The notes under the pieces were generated by a model. The model saw only the letters and a program-made list of their open reading frames with translations, did no database searches and was not told the DNA's origin. The translations under genes were made by a program, and so were the position numbers. A DNA stretch of 64,000 nucleotides from the human T2T-CHM13v2.0 reference genome, Homo sapiens. Positions within the stretch are counted from its first letter, which is position 1. The number at the start of each line of letters is the position of its first letter. Positions 47,101 to 58,700 of this stretch are shown piece after piece. The stretch lies in NCBI RefSeq assembly GCF_009914755.1, contig NC_060939.1; one strand, given 5' to 3'.

Positions 47101-47940
47101 ACATCATCAAATGCTAGTGAGGATGTGGAACAACAGGGACTCTCATTCATTATTGGTGACAATGCAAAATAGTACAGCCACTTTGGAAGACAGTTTGGGC
47201 ATTCCTTTAAAAACTAAACATACCCTTACCGTAATATCCAGCAGTTGTGCTCTTTGATGTTTATCCAAAGGAGCTGCAAACTTATGTCCACACAAAAACC
47301 TGCAGCTTCATTCATAATTGCCAACACTTGGAAGCAACCAAGATGCCCTTCAATAGGTGAATGGATAAATGAACTGTGGGACATTCATACAGTGGAACGT
47401 TATTTAGCTCTAAAAATAAATGAGCTATCAAGCTATGAAAAGATATGCAGGAAACTTAAACGCATATTGCTAAGTGAAAGAAGCCAATTTGAAAGCCTTT
47501 ATATTATATGATTCCAAGTATGTGACATTCTGGAAAAGGATAAACTATGGAGATAGTAAAAAGATCAGTTAATACTAGGGATTTGGGGGAGAGAGAGAGA
47601 TGAATAGAGCACAGAGGATTTTTAGGGCAATGAAACTATTCTATCTGATATTATAACAGTAGAAACTTGTCATTATACACCTATCAAAACCCATATACAA
47701 CACCAAGAGTGAATCTTAATGTAAACTGTGGATTTTGAGTGATGATGTGTCAATACCATTTCAACAGTAGTAACAAATGTACCATCCTGGTGGGGAATGT
47801 TGGTAGTGGGGGAGTCTGTGCATGTGTGGGGTCAGAGGGTATATAGGAACTGTCTGTACTTTCTGCTTCACTTTACTGTGAACCTAAAACTGTTCCAAAA
47901 ATAAAGCTTATTCATATGAAAAACCGTAAACGAAAACGAA
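44115..47940 (+). mobile_element. L1MC1-like element: probable 5'UTR (44115-44760) joined directly to mid-ORF2 through the 3' end
   Basis: ORF2 from actttaggaaactagcaaaagaggagc; RT motif ttgtctttatttgcagatg; 3' end gtgaacctaaaactgttccaaaaataaag; the 5' part is assigned from recalled L1MC 5' end. Confidence 0.8.
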
Positions 47941-48240
47941 ATACACACACACACACAGGATGAACACACCCACTTGTGCGATGTCCTCTTAGTTTCTTTA
48001 GTATGCCCTCTATAGAGATTACCTGGCATGCTTTCAGTCTACCACTCACAGCCTTTACAGCCTGGAGATTATGGTAGTAAGAGGCTAACAACTATATAGC
48101 CATACCACCCTCCCATCAATTATTTAGTCAACAGGTATCTGTTGAGCATCTAATATGTGCCAGCGGTGCCTAGAGGCTGTGGGGTGGAAAATGAGTCAGC
48201 ACTCTTTACAGCCCCTTGCCCACAAAGATGCGATCATCTG

Positions 48241-48660
48241 TGATATCATTTGGATGTTCTTTCCAATCTCATGTTGAAATGTGATTCCCAATGTAGTAGG
48301 TGGGGCCAGGTGGGAAGTGATTGGATCATGGCGGCAAATCCCTCATGAATGGTTTAATACCATCCTCCTGGTGATAAGTGAGTTCTTGCTCAGTTAGTTC
48401 ATGCACGATCTGGTTGTTTAAAAGAGTCTGGGGAGACCTACCCCTTCTCTCTCTCTTGCTCCCACTCTTGCCATGTGATGCGACTGCTCCCTTTTCCCTT
48501 CTGCCACAAATAGAAGCTTCCTGAGGTCCTCACCAGAATCAGATGCTGGCATCACTCTTCCTGCACAACCTACAGAACTGTGAGCCAGTTAAACCTCTTC
48601 TCTTTATAAATTACCCAGCCATTAAGCATTCCTCTATAGTAACACAAACAGACTAACACA
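48241..48660 (+). mobile_element. MSTB-type solo LTR (MaLR) inserted in an L2 fragment
   Basis: tgatatcatttggatg...ctcatgttgaaatgtgattccca...cagactaacaca, 420 bp. Confidence 0.85.
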
Positions 48661-48848
48661 GTCCACTTGGGAAATAGAATGTCACCATGCAGCTAGTAGT
48701 GAATATGATGATATTACATATTGCTACAGTTGACTGGGGACCAGGATAATGGTGAGCTACTAATTATTTGGCACAGGTGATAAGAGTATAAAGATTTGGT
48801 GCAGAAAGATTCATTTGAGCTGGAAAACCCTGAGAAAATTGGCAAGAG

Positions 48849-48975
48849 CAGGGGCAGCTTCACGTAGCTTCACAGCTGATCAGCTCTGTTGAGACCATCT
48901 TGAAATTCTTACTAATTTTTGAACAAAAATCCTCATATTTTTATTTTGCACTGGACTCCCCAAATTAAGACCCCT
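48849..48975 (+). mobile_element. MER91A-like (hAT-Tip100)
   Basis: caggggcagcttca...ccatcttgaaattcttactaatttttgaacaa...ttttgcactggactcccc. Confidence 0.65.
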
Positions 48976-49263
48976 CCTTTCCAGGAAGGAAATGTTTGTA
49001 TGGGTCATGTCTGATTTAGAAATCATAATTGATACCACTTATTGTGCATTTTTAAGTACCAGGAAGGATCTTAGGTGCTGAGACCTTATCTCCTCTAACC
49101 CACACAAAGGAGAGGAAAACCAAGTTTCAGATAGGTCACCTGATCTCACCCAGTTTGTGGGGCAGGCAAGATTCAAACCCAAGCTCTTTTCTTTTATTTC
49201 TGATTCATTCTTTCCAGATTTTTATATCAGTTATTTAAATTCATGGTTCATACTTTGAAATGA

Positions 49264-49578
<315 letters not shown>

Positions 49579-49637
49579 TGAAATGACTAAGATGTTTGAG
49601 AGGAATAAACCAGCTCACCTCTGTGAATAGTTTAGTT

Positions 49638-50148
49638 CAGCAGTTCCTAAACATTTTCAGTTCACAGCACCCTTAATGTCTTAGTAATCTTATTCACAGG
49701 GCCCTGAGGCCACATGAAATACCTAACAGTTCTATTTATGACCTTGTTGGGTCCAACTACCTTAATAAGTATTTATGTCCTAACAACTTAGGAGCTGGGT
49801 AAAAAATAATATGTACAAATTGGAAGAAAATAAATCATATTTTATTGTAATATTAAATAACCACAATTATTTACTAATGATATGTAGGTGCATCAGTTGG
49901 GCACTAGCAATATGTAAAACCTTGGAATTAGATAGGACATATCACTTTTTCCCCCACAACTATCACAACAGTCACCAAAAACCAAGCTTTGCAAAGATAT
50001 GACATCATGGAAGGAAATTTAGCAACCTAATGTTAAAACCAATTTACCTGGAGCTAGCAGTTCCTGAGATGTCCGACAGGCATCCTTGTGTTCTCCTCAA
50101 GTATTTAAAAATACCCAGGCACTTCTGCGAGTCCCTTGAGGTGCCTGC
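49638..50148 (+). mobile_element. hAT-Charlie element (MER119-like)
   Basis: cagcagttcctaaac...aaatacctaacagttc...ttaataagtatttatgtcctaacaactta. Confidence 0.6.
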
Positions 50149-50946
50149 CCCTCTGCCTGTTTATGCAAAGCAATGTCCGCTTGCTGGTGGACAGGTCCAG
50201 GCAGTGCTTTTTCCTCTGCGCGATATTAGATATGCAGAAAATCATGGATAGGAAGTGCCAAGGAAAAAACGGGGGATAAAAATAGAATGAACCAAAAAAG
50301 GAGCTCAAGAAATGTATTTTTAATGCAGTGCCACAAAAATAAGCTCATATTTTACTATGTATTTGACATCAGAATACAATTACAACTGACATCAATTATG
50401 TTCTCTATTAGACTTTTCTCTACCTTATACATTTAAGTGTAATCCCAAATGGGGAGAGAACCAGTGCTTTTTAATATAGGTGCTTTCTCAATTTGAAAAC
50501 TAGAATGGAAGTCATGTTCAGAAGTGTAAAGAATTCTAAGAATTAGGTGGTGGATAAAAGATTGTTAGCAACCAAGAGGTTCCGTTATTTTTTACTTCAA
50601 GAATGCTGGTATGTGGAAAATGGAAACCATATTCAACCACTCACTTAAGTTAGCTAAACCCAACATATTACAGCAATTATTAACCCTCTTTCATCTTTCT
50701 AATAACAAGACACAAAAATAGTTATAATTTGTAATCAGTAACATGTCATTAGAGGGCTGTTAGTTGATTTTATCTACCAGTGCTTAGGTAGATGGGTTTT
50801 GTTGTTGTTTGAATTTCATGTTAATTCAAACGGAATGAAAACTTGGTTTTTGATGAGGACAGAAAGATTTTACATCTCATTTCACTGGTTCTTTTTTCTT
50901 CTGAACGTTGGACTTCTATGTGCTTATTTAAAAAAATATGTGGCTA

Positions 50947-50960
50947 CTGCCATCTGTTGG
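50947..50960 (-). promoter_or_regulatory. Candidate CTCF site
   Basis: Minus strand CCAACAGATGGCAG versus core CCASYAGRKGGCRS, one mismatch, in unique sequence. Confidence 0.4.
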
Positions 50961-51025
50961 ATGGAATGTGAGTCCTGCTCAGACACGTGTGCCCTTTAAA
51001 CAATGTCTGTCCCTTCTAACTTCAC

Positions 51026-51080
51026 AAGTGTCTCCTCAAGGTAAGGAGACACTTACCTTGAGTGTCTCCTCAAGGTAAGG
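51026..51080. repeat. Interlocking direct and inverted repeat cluster
   Basis: 20-bp direct repeat agtgtctcctcaaggtaagg (51027-51046, 51061-51080) with inverted copies of its halves in between. Confidence 0.9.
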
Positions 51081-51908
51081 CCTTTGCTGTAGCTGCATGC
51101 ATCCCAGCTTCCAGCCCCAGAACTGAGTTCATTTTGGGAACGTTTTCTATTGTTGTGGGGCACTTTCTCTTCAGACATGTAAATGCTCTCTACTGAAGAG
51201 TGTGTATATGGTTTTTTATCTTTCCAGTAAAACTTACAGCATAAGGAGGCATGTCGGGGTAGGGAGGGATGTGGCTGGGAGCATGTTTAGGAACAAGCAT
51301 ATTTTTAGCATGGGTAGTAGAGTCTACATTGGACTAATATAGGCAGAGGAATCAAAGTTCAGCTCTAAATTGTGGTGCATACTGAGGCCACTTATTTTAT
51401 TTCTCTGAGCTGGCATTTCGTCAGCTGTAAGGCAAGAGCAGGACTAGGACTGAGAAAATCTTCTGAGCTGAAGACCCACGCAGCTCTAAGGAGTCATAGT
51501 CAAGAACAGCAGACATAACAGCAAATACGAATTTAAGAAATGCCAGTCTAAAAGCACATAAGAACCAATCTACAGGTTATGGGAAACCCATTTTATCTGA
51601 CTCCCTTCTCTCCCGCTCCTGGGTTCTTATTTTTCTGCTTTTCTTGGGCTCTGATTGTCAGCATCCTCTCTCCTCACCCCTCCCACTCTTTCTTTGTGGA
51701 GGGACTGTTCCCTCTCCACTCCCATTGGGCTTTTTTCTTAGTCCTCCCCTCCTCCTCCAGCCCTCAGTCTGGGATGTCTCTGCGCACCTGCCGATTCCGC
51801 ATTACAAAATTCCAAGAACCGGTCTTAGAAAAACCATCTCTTCTCTGAGGTAGGAAACACATGAAGCTGAACTAGGCAGCACACACTTTGTGTGTGTCCT
51901 AGACCAAT

Positions 51909-51933
51909 ACACACACACACACACACACACACA
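51909..51933 (+). repeat. (CA)n microsatellite
   Basis: About 12 CA units. Confidence 0.9.
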
Positions 51934-51981
51934 GCCAAGCACTTCTGGCAGCAAAAGCCTTAAACCCTGTGCATGAATTAC

Positions 51982-52693
51982 TGTGTCCAAGCATTGGTTC
52001 CTTCCTGTGGGTTCTTGATGTCGCTGACTTTTAAGAACGAAGCCCCCTACCCTCATGGTGAGTGTTACAGTTCTTAAACATGGTGTGTCAAGAGTTTGTA
52101 CCACCACATGCTCAGATGTGTCCAAAGTTTCTTCCTTCTGCTGGGTTCGTCGTCTCACTGACTTTAGGAGCGATGCCACAAACCTTCACAGTGAGTGTTA
52201 ACGCTCTTAAAGGTGGCGCCTACGGAGTCGTTCATTCTGGTGGACTCGTGGTCTCACCGGCTTCAAGAGCAAAGCCAGCTGCAGACCTTCCAAGGGAATG
52301 TTACAGCTCTTAACGTATTGTGGACCCACAAAGCGAGCAACAGCAAAATCTATTGCAAATAGCGAAAAATCAAAGCTTCCACAGTGTGGAAACTAACCCA
52401 ACCCACTTGCTGCTGCTGGCTCGGGTTGCCAACTTTTATTCCCTTATTTGGCCCCACCCACATCCTGCTGATTGTTCCATGTTACAGAGAGCTGATTGGT
52501 CCATTTTACAGAAAGCTGATTGGTCTGTTTTACAGAGTGCTGATTGGTCCGTTTTTACAGCATGCTGATTGGTGCGTTTATAAACCTTTAGCTAGACACA
52601 GACTGCTGATTGGTGCATTTACAATCCTTTAGCTAGACAGAAAAGTTCTCCGAGTCCCGACTGACTCAGAAGCCCAGCCGGCTTCACCTATCA
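51982..52693 (-). mobile_element. Solo LTR12 (ERV9 LTR)
   Basis: Ends tgtgtcc... and ...cagaagcccagccggcttcacctatca; tandem gctgattgg (CCAAT) repeats; three U5-type repeats with gtgagtgtta. Confidence 0.92.
52433..52615 (-). promoter_or_regulatory. LTR12 U3 promoter: CCAAT array, GC/GT box, AATAAA TATA-like box; TSS inferred about 52405-52412, firing leftwards
   Basis: Five intact CCAATCAGC plus one degenerate copy on minus; GGGTGGGGCC at 52450-52459; AATAAAAG at 52433-52440; known ERV9 LTR promoter layout. Confidence 0.6.
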
Positions 52694-53573
52694 ATATGAC
52701 TGCAGTGCCTATAGCTGAATTCACTGGTTAGGGAGTGTACAATGGAATTTTGTCCCTTGAATTGGGGATGTTTGAAGATGGAGGCTATTTCACTCCTTCC
52801 TCCTGCCTTGCTAAAGAATGACTGGGATCATTACTGAACTCAGTTCTCATTTGCTTTCTTAAAATTTGATGTCCACAAAACCTGGAGTTTATTTACTTCT
52901 CCCTTCCCTCCTTTTTTCATTTTTCTGTCATACCATTTGTTAATACCAGATTAGAGAAGGGGAGCATGTCAAGGAATTCCTTTATGACTTCCTCTCTGAG
53001 GATGAAGTCTTGGTCAGTCTTGACTGGACATGGTCAGGATGGATCCTGGGAGTGGGACTGGGCTCCACGGTGTGTGTACTCTCCAGGGCAGTTATCCTGC
53101 TTGGGCTGGGCCAGCCCTCCTGCCCTAGCAGCCCCCATCTTTCTCTGCCCCACCCTGTCTCCTAGGTGTGCTGGGATTGCTGTGTGGGGAGGGAGTACGG
53201 CCAGCCTGCCTGGGCCCACACCTTCAAGGAAATGAAAAATAATTTCTCCTTGCAAGAGGTTAGGGGAGCTTCCCAGGCTTGTCTGTTGCTATTTCTGTCA
53301 GTGAAGAAGCAGTTTCGAGGTCCCCAGGCGGCTGGGAGGAAAGGAAGTGTGCCCCAGGCCCACCTAGGGGGAGGTCTACAGGAGAAAGGCTCTCTTTGTC
53401 ATTGCTGGAGGGTAACAGCGAGTTTGCAGTTGGTGATAATGATTCATTTCCTCAGTTGAGGTTTGGGAGGATTATAGCTGGAATTTGAAAAGTCGTTTCT
53501 ATATCTGGCAACGAAGGAACTCTGAGTGATCAGCATGTACTGTTTGGTGTTTTGCCATCATTGGTAATATCAC

Positions 53574-53937
53574 TGTGTTAGTCAGCTCGGGCTGCTGTAA
53601 CAGAACACTGTAGACTGGGGGGCTCACAAACAACAGACATCCACTTCCCACAGTTCTGGAGGCTGGAAGGCCACGATCGGGGGCCAGCTGGCTTGGGTTC
53701 CGGTGAGGGCCCTCTTCCGGCTGCAGATGGTTGCCTTCTGATTGTATCCTCACGAGGTGGAAAGAGAGCCAGAGAGCTCTCTTGGTCTCTGTCACAAGGG
53801 CATTAATCCCATTCATGAGATCTCCACCCTGATGACTTAATCACCCCCCCAAAGGCCCATCTTCTAAAACCATCACATGGAGGATTAGGATTTGAACATA
53901 TGAATTTCATGAGAATGCAAACATTCAGTCAATAGCC
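53574..53937 (-). mobile_element. MLT1A0-like solo LTR
   Basis: tgtgttagtcagctcgggctgctgtaaca...aacattcagtcaatagc; perfect 5-bp TSD atcac at 53569-53573 and 53938-53942. Confidence 0.88.
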
Positions 53938-55249
53938 ATCACCAACAACACTAAAATGTAAATTGGAGGCGTCATGTGAAAAAAGAAATGATCTAAATGA
54001 AACTCCATGCTATCATAACGGAGTTCTGCAGCCACCAATGTATGTCCTCTGGTTGAGTGTACAGGCGGTATATGTATATGTTAAGTGTATATATATCTTA
54101 TGATTGTTCTGAGTATTCATGATTTAAAGTACATAATCAAGCAATGAGCAGTGTTCACATCCCCAGCTGATTAGAGCCAGCGTGTTTCTCTAATCATTCT
54201 CCACTGGCTGGTTGTGGAGGCAGAATGTTATCAGGATGCCCTGATAGATCAGCAATGTCCTCTCCTGCTTTGTTTCAGGAAGGGGCGAACGTTTGTTTAC
54301 GGATCTGACAGCATAAAAAGTGAACCTGCTGAGAATGGAGTCCATGCACTCAAAGTCACTTCACCTCCACTGGTGTTGAAGGATCCCCGTGGCTCATGGT
54401 CCACAAGCCAGAGAGCTTATTGCTAGTGCAAATGCTTACCCAGTTCCTTCCACTGGGATGGACAGTTCCAGTTCCTAACTCAGCCCAGAGGAGCACAGCT
54501 CTTTTGTTTCTAGTATCTTCTAGTGTAGAGGAGCTGTTGTTGAGGATAGGTCCGTGGAGGTGATCGCCTCCCTTAGCTCCTGCACAGTAAGCAGATGCTG
54601 AGGCGGTCTTGAACATTAGAGCATAAGGCACCGGGATGTGTCCCCAGGGCTGTGCTGCCCTTGAGTGCCTTCCTGGTCTGTAAAGTTGCATGGCATGCAG
54701 GAAGAGAGAGAGGTCTGGCAACTGGCAGCACACCATAACTGAGTGGACCTGACTCTCCAGGCACCTTGAGGGTGCAGAGCCACCACTTCACTCTCACAGA
54801 GCTACACCATTATGGGGTATCTTTGCAGGACATAGGAGACAATCTGAAGTGTTCAGAAACTCCAATGCCCTGAAAACACTATCAGGGGATGAATTATAAT
54901 GTAACATACTAATAATACTAAAAAGGCAAAGGGAGGTAAGGTTTTAAGAGATTCACTATGAACTTTGACCTCAAGTCTATGGAATCCTCTTTTAGCTCAT
55001 ACCTCATTGTAGATTTTTTTAAAAACTGCAGTGAATTATGTTTTTTTCTATTAAAATTGCCTATAAGTTGACAGTGAGTTTATCAGAAGTCTGTCTTTTC
55101 CCATTTTGACAAGGTCTAGTGACAACTGGTAAGAACTTAGAAGTATAGTCAGCACCAGCTACTTTCAACTAACTACAGGAGGGATAACTCTGCATTGCTG
55201 TTGGTTGATACATAAGCTGAGACATGAATGATATTCACTGCATAACTGG

Positions 55250-55450
55250 CAATGTGGACACTAATGGGACCCTTCCCACAGGTCATGCCCGCTGTTGAGT
55301 GCACTGTATAGATGATCACATTTATTCCCCAGTGCAACTCATGGGACAGGGATTATCATCCCTATATTCAGGGAGGAAATTGAGACTCAAGAGAGGCTCA
55401 AGTAGCAGAACCAGGCTTGGATCCAGAGACTCTGACCCCAAAGCCGTGAC
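55250..55450 (-). mobile_element. MIR
   Basis: ggattatcatccctatattcagggaggaaattgagactcaagagagg. Confidence 0.6.
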
Positions 55451-56309
55451 TTATGGTGGGGAGCTCTGTTTCTTCCCAGAGGTTCTAGTGAGCAGCCTGA
55501 GGTAGTGATTTCCTCCTATGGTGACTGAGAGCTCCTACTTTATGGCATCAGATCAGGGAGGGACTCCAGCTTGATCTGGCAGCTGCAGCTGTAGACATTA
55601 TTCCTGCCCTCGTGAAACATAAAGACTTGTTAGTCTAATGGTAGAGATACGACATCAGTGTAACATAATAGATACTTATTAATCAGTTGCTGTTATTCCA
55701 AACACAACATTGCTTTGTTATACTATATGTAGTCGCTTCTTCTGTATGTCTATAAATCAAATATATTTCCTTGCATCCTGAGAGGTAACAACCTAGATAA
55801 ATACTTTATTTATTTATAATCCATCCACCTATTCATCTATCCAACACATATTTGGTGATTTTGATTACATTCCAGGTGCCTTTGCTAAGGATGGAAGGAC
55901 ATACAAAGATGTGAAAATCCAGGCACAGGCTCTTCCTCCGAGGTGGCTCAGTCTAGCAGGGGGAGACCCTCTCTGTACATAACTCTGAGGAAAGTGCGCT
56001 GGAAGAGCAGGGGTTTAGCAGAGAATGTGTTCTCACGGCAGGGGGTCACAGAAGTATTGATGAGTGAGCAGGACTTGGAAAGGGCAGATGGGCTGGTAGT
56101 AAGGACATTGCAGATGAGCAAAGGGACACTCCTGGGGAGTCTTGAGTGTGGGGGGGACTTGAGGATGTTCATGGAGGGGAAAAGCTGGGCAAGGCTGAAG
56201 AGTAGGGCAGGGCAGGGCACGGAGGGCTTGGCCCCTGGATTGGCAGCTAAGACTGAATTCAGTAGGCAGTGGGGCCATCAAAGCTTCGAGAGCTGGGGAA
56301 AGCCATGAC

Positions 56310-56520
56310 ATGGGTTTAGTGGGAAACACATATTACTTAAAGTCAGGCAGATCCTGGCTGGAATCCTGGCTCCATCTTTTTAGCTGTGTCTGCTTGGTCA
56401 GTTGCTCTCAGCCTGAGTTCCCATGTCAGTCACCTGAAGGAAATGGGCCTGCTTTGTGGTCTCATTTAGAGGTCTTGCTCAATCATGTGTGTAGAGTGCC
56501 CATGGGGCCTGGCCAGTGAG
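56310..56520 (+). mobile_element. MIR (preceded by minus-strand L2 fragments about 55820-56300)
   Basis: agtcaggcagatcctggctggaatcctggctccatctttttagctgtgtc. Confidence 0.6.
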
Positions 56521-57789
56521 TCCTCCGAGGCACCTCAGGCTGAACCACGGGTGGCAATAGAAATGGTATGAAAAGATGGACAGCTCTCAGAGACAAGGAA
56601 GAATGACTAGAACTCGGAACCTGACAGGAGGTGTCCTTGTCCGGTGAGGGGGCTGCAGAGTGAGATGTGACCATTCTGGGCTACCTTCCCGGCAGTTCCC
56701 TGCCCAGGCATGTGGTCGCTGTGGGGCCCTGAGCCTGGGACAGTCCTTTTTTGGGGTCAGGCTTTTCTTTGGGTTATTCCTTTCAAGCCATAGTAAAACC
56801 TAGTAGTCTCTGTTTTCACACAAGTTTCTGACATCTGATGCCAGATTTACAACCTGAAGTGGCCAAAGATTTTAGGTTTTCCTTGGGGCTTAAATCAATG
56901 GTGTTGCTTGGCTTCCTCCTGTGCAGTAGGTTGGCCAAGAAAACCACCCTTTGTTCTGTCTTGAAGGGAAGGCATGCTGCTGTGTGGCTCTTGACATTTA
57001 CCTTATCCCGGAGCTGAGCTTTGTCTATGGCTGTGCAGGTGGGGCGGGAATGGGAAAGACAGTCCTCTGGCACGCTTTCCACATTTGGATGGAAGACCCA
57101 GCTTCAGCTTCAAACACTTTTATTCCTGATGGCATTGTTTACAAACATGCTAGAAAAACAGAATTAGGGAACAAAATTATCTCATGATTGCTGAACTATG
57201 ATGAGATTGATGCTTTTAAGCACTTCCCCTAGGGAAACCAGGCAGGAATCTTTCAAGGGGAAAATGTATCATAAGGGAAGACAATTAAAAGTTAAAACTG
57301 GCTAATGAAACTGATAAAGGGAGAATTGTTTTAATTATCGATGCTCGTCTTAAATAAATTGTATGATTTCCCAGAATAACACATCCATCATCATCAAGTA
57401 TGAGGACATGACCCGATCCTGGGGTCTCACAAGGGGCTTTTGGGTGTCTCTGAGAGGACCATGATGAAGACTCAATGACATTCATGCTTCTGAACCCTGA
57501 ATCCACTTCAAGATGCCATGTAAATGCTGTGCATCTTCACCAGCAGATGTCACTGTTTACATATAAAATGCAAACAGCCCCCAAAGCTTCCCCCCACCCC
57601 CACCTTTATTCTAAAGCAACACACACTTGTCCATGTTTTTTCATAAAGCCTTATTTATCATGTGGTCATTTTTGTTCTGGAAAATAATGATATTGTTTAT
57701 CCCTTTAAATAGCTGTACATGTAAAGGGAACTGGTTTATGAGAGATACCCATTTCACATACTAAGCTATGCAATGACACCTCTTTTAAA

Positions 57790-58700
57790 AGATAATTGTT
57801 GAACACTTACTATTTGCCTGAAACCAGCTTCCCATGATGAAAGGTATCCAAAAACAGCTAAAGAGCTGTCCTTCTTTAAGGGTCTTAAAACCTCTTTTGA
57901 GAGATGACAAATAATAAAGCAACTTACAATGTTGGAAGTTAAATACTAAAACTAAAAATGAGTGTCATATTGTTTCAGGGAGATGAAGGTCTGTGGGGGC
58001 TGGAGCAGATGGAAGGCTTTAGGGAAGGAAGCCCCAAGATAATGAGGGTGAATTCATCTGGTTGAGAGTGGAAAGGTACTGTGGGTTTTTGGTTTTTTTT
58101 GTTTGTTTGTTTTGCTTTATGTGTTTTGGGGTACTTTTGCTGAGAGAATAAAGAGCAATTATGTTTGGAGGATCTATTTGTTGGAGTCATGAAGAGCAAA
58201 ATGGAGGAGGACAATGTTATTACAAAATCCAGCTGCGAGAACAGCGACTCCTGCAATGGTAACTAGAAATAAGATCAGATTGGGAGGCATAAGGAAGGAA
58301 GACAAGACCGCCATGCCAGCTTATTGACAGGTACAGTCACTATGTCTTCTTGTCTTCTCAGTCCAAAATCAAAATACAAGCATTGACACATGGTCAGACA
58401 CTAAAACAGAAGGTTTGAAATCAGGGCTGTTTCCAGAAACTCCAGGACATATGGATGCTGCAAATATACGGAGGAGAGAGTGACTCTCATGAACATGTAG
58501 GGTATCAATGGTGCTGCCACTGAGAGAAATGGAAGACCTGGGGAGGAAGGTTGGCTTGGACAGAAAGATGTTTTTAGTCTGATCCATGTGGTTGAAACTG
58601 ATGTGGGCCACAGCATGATCTAGCAAGGCTGGAAGCTATTCAGGAGCCACTGACCTAGAAGTGGAAACGACAATAGGGAGGGGAGAGAGAAGGGCCAGGG
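57790..58700 (-). mobile_element. L2 fragments
   Basis: ttgttgaacacttactatttgcc..., gtgctgccactgagagaaatggaagacctggggaggaaggttggcttgg. Confidence 0.55.

Noticed and set aside
52465-52640. Regularly spaced gctgattgg repeats that superficially resemble a CRISPR array
   Set aside because: These are the U3 CCAAT repeats of LTR12; spacers are not unique, the context is eukaryotic and there are no cas genes.
55579-55592. Palindrome CAGCTGCAGCTG (tandem E-boxes)
   Set aside because: A single 12-bp palindrome is expected by chance in 64 kb and has no supporting context.
57458-57502. ATGATGA...CTGA, possible C/D box snoRNA (similar motif at 22546-22560)
   Set aside because: Boxes are far too close together and there is no terminal stem.
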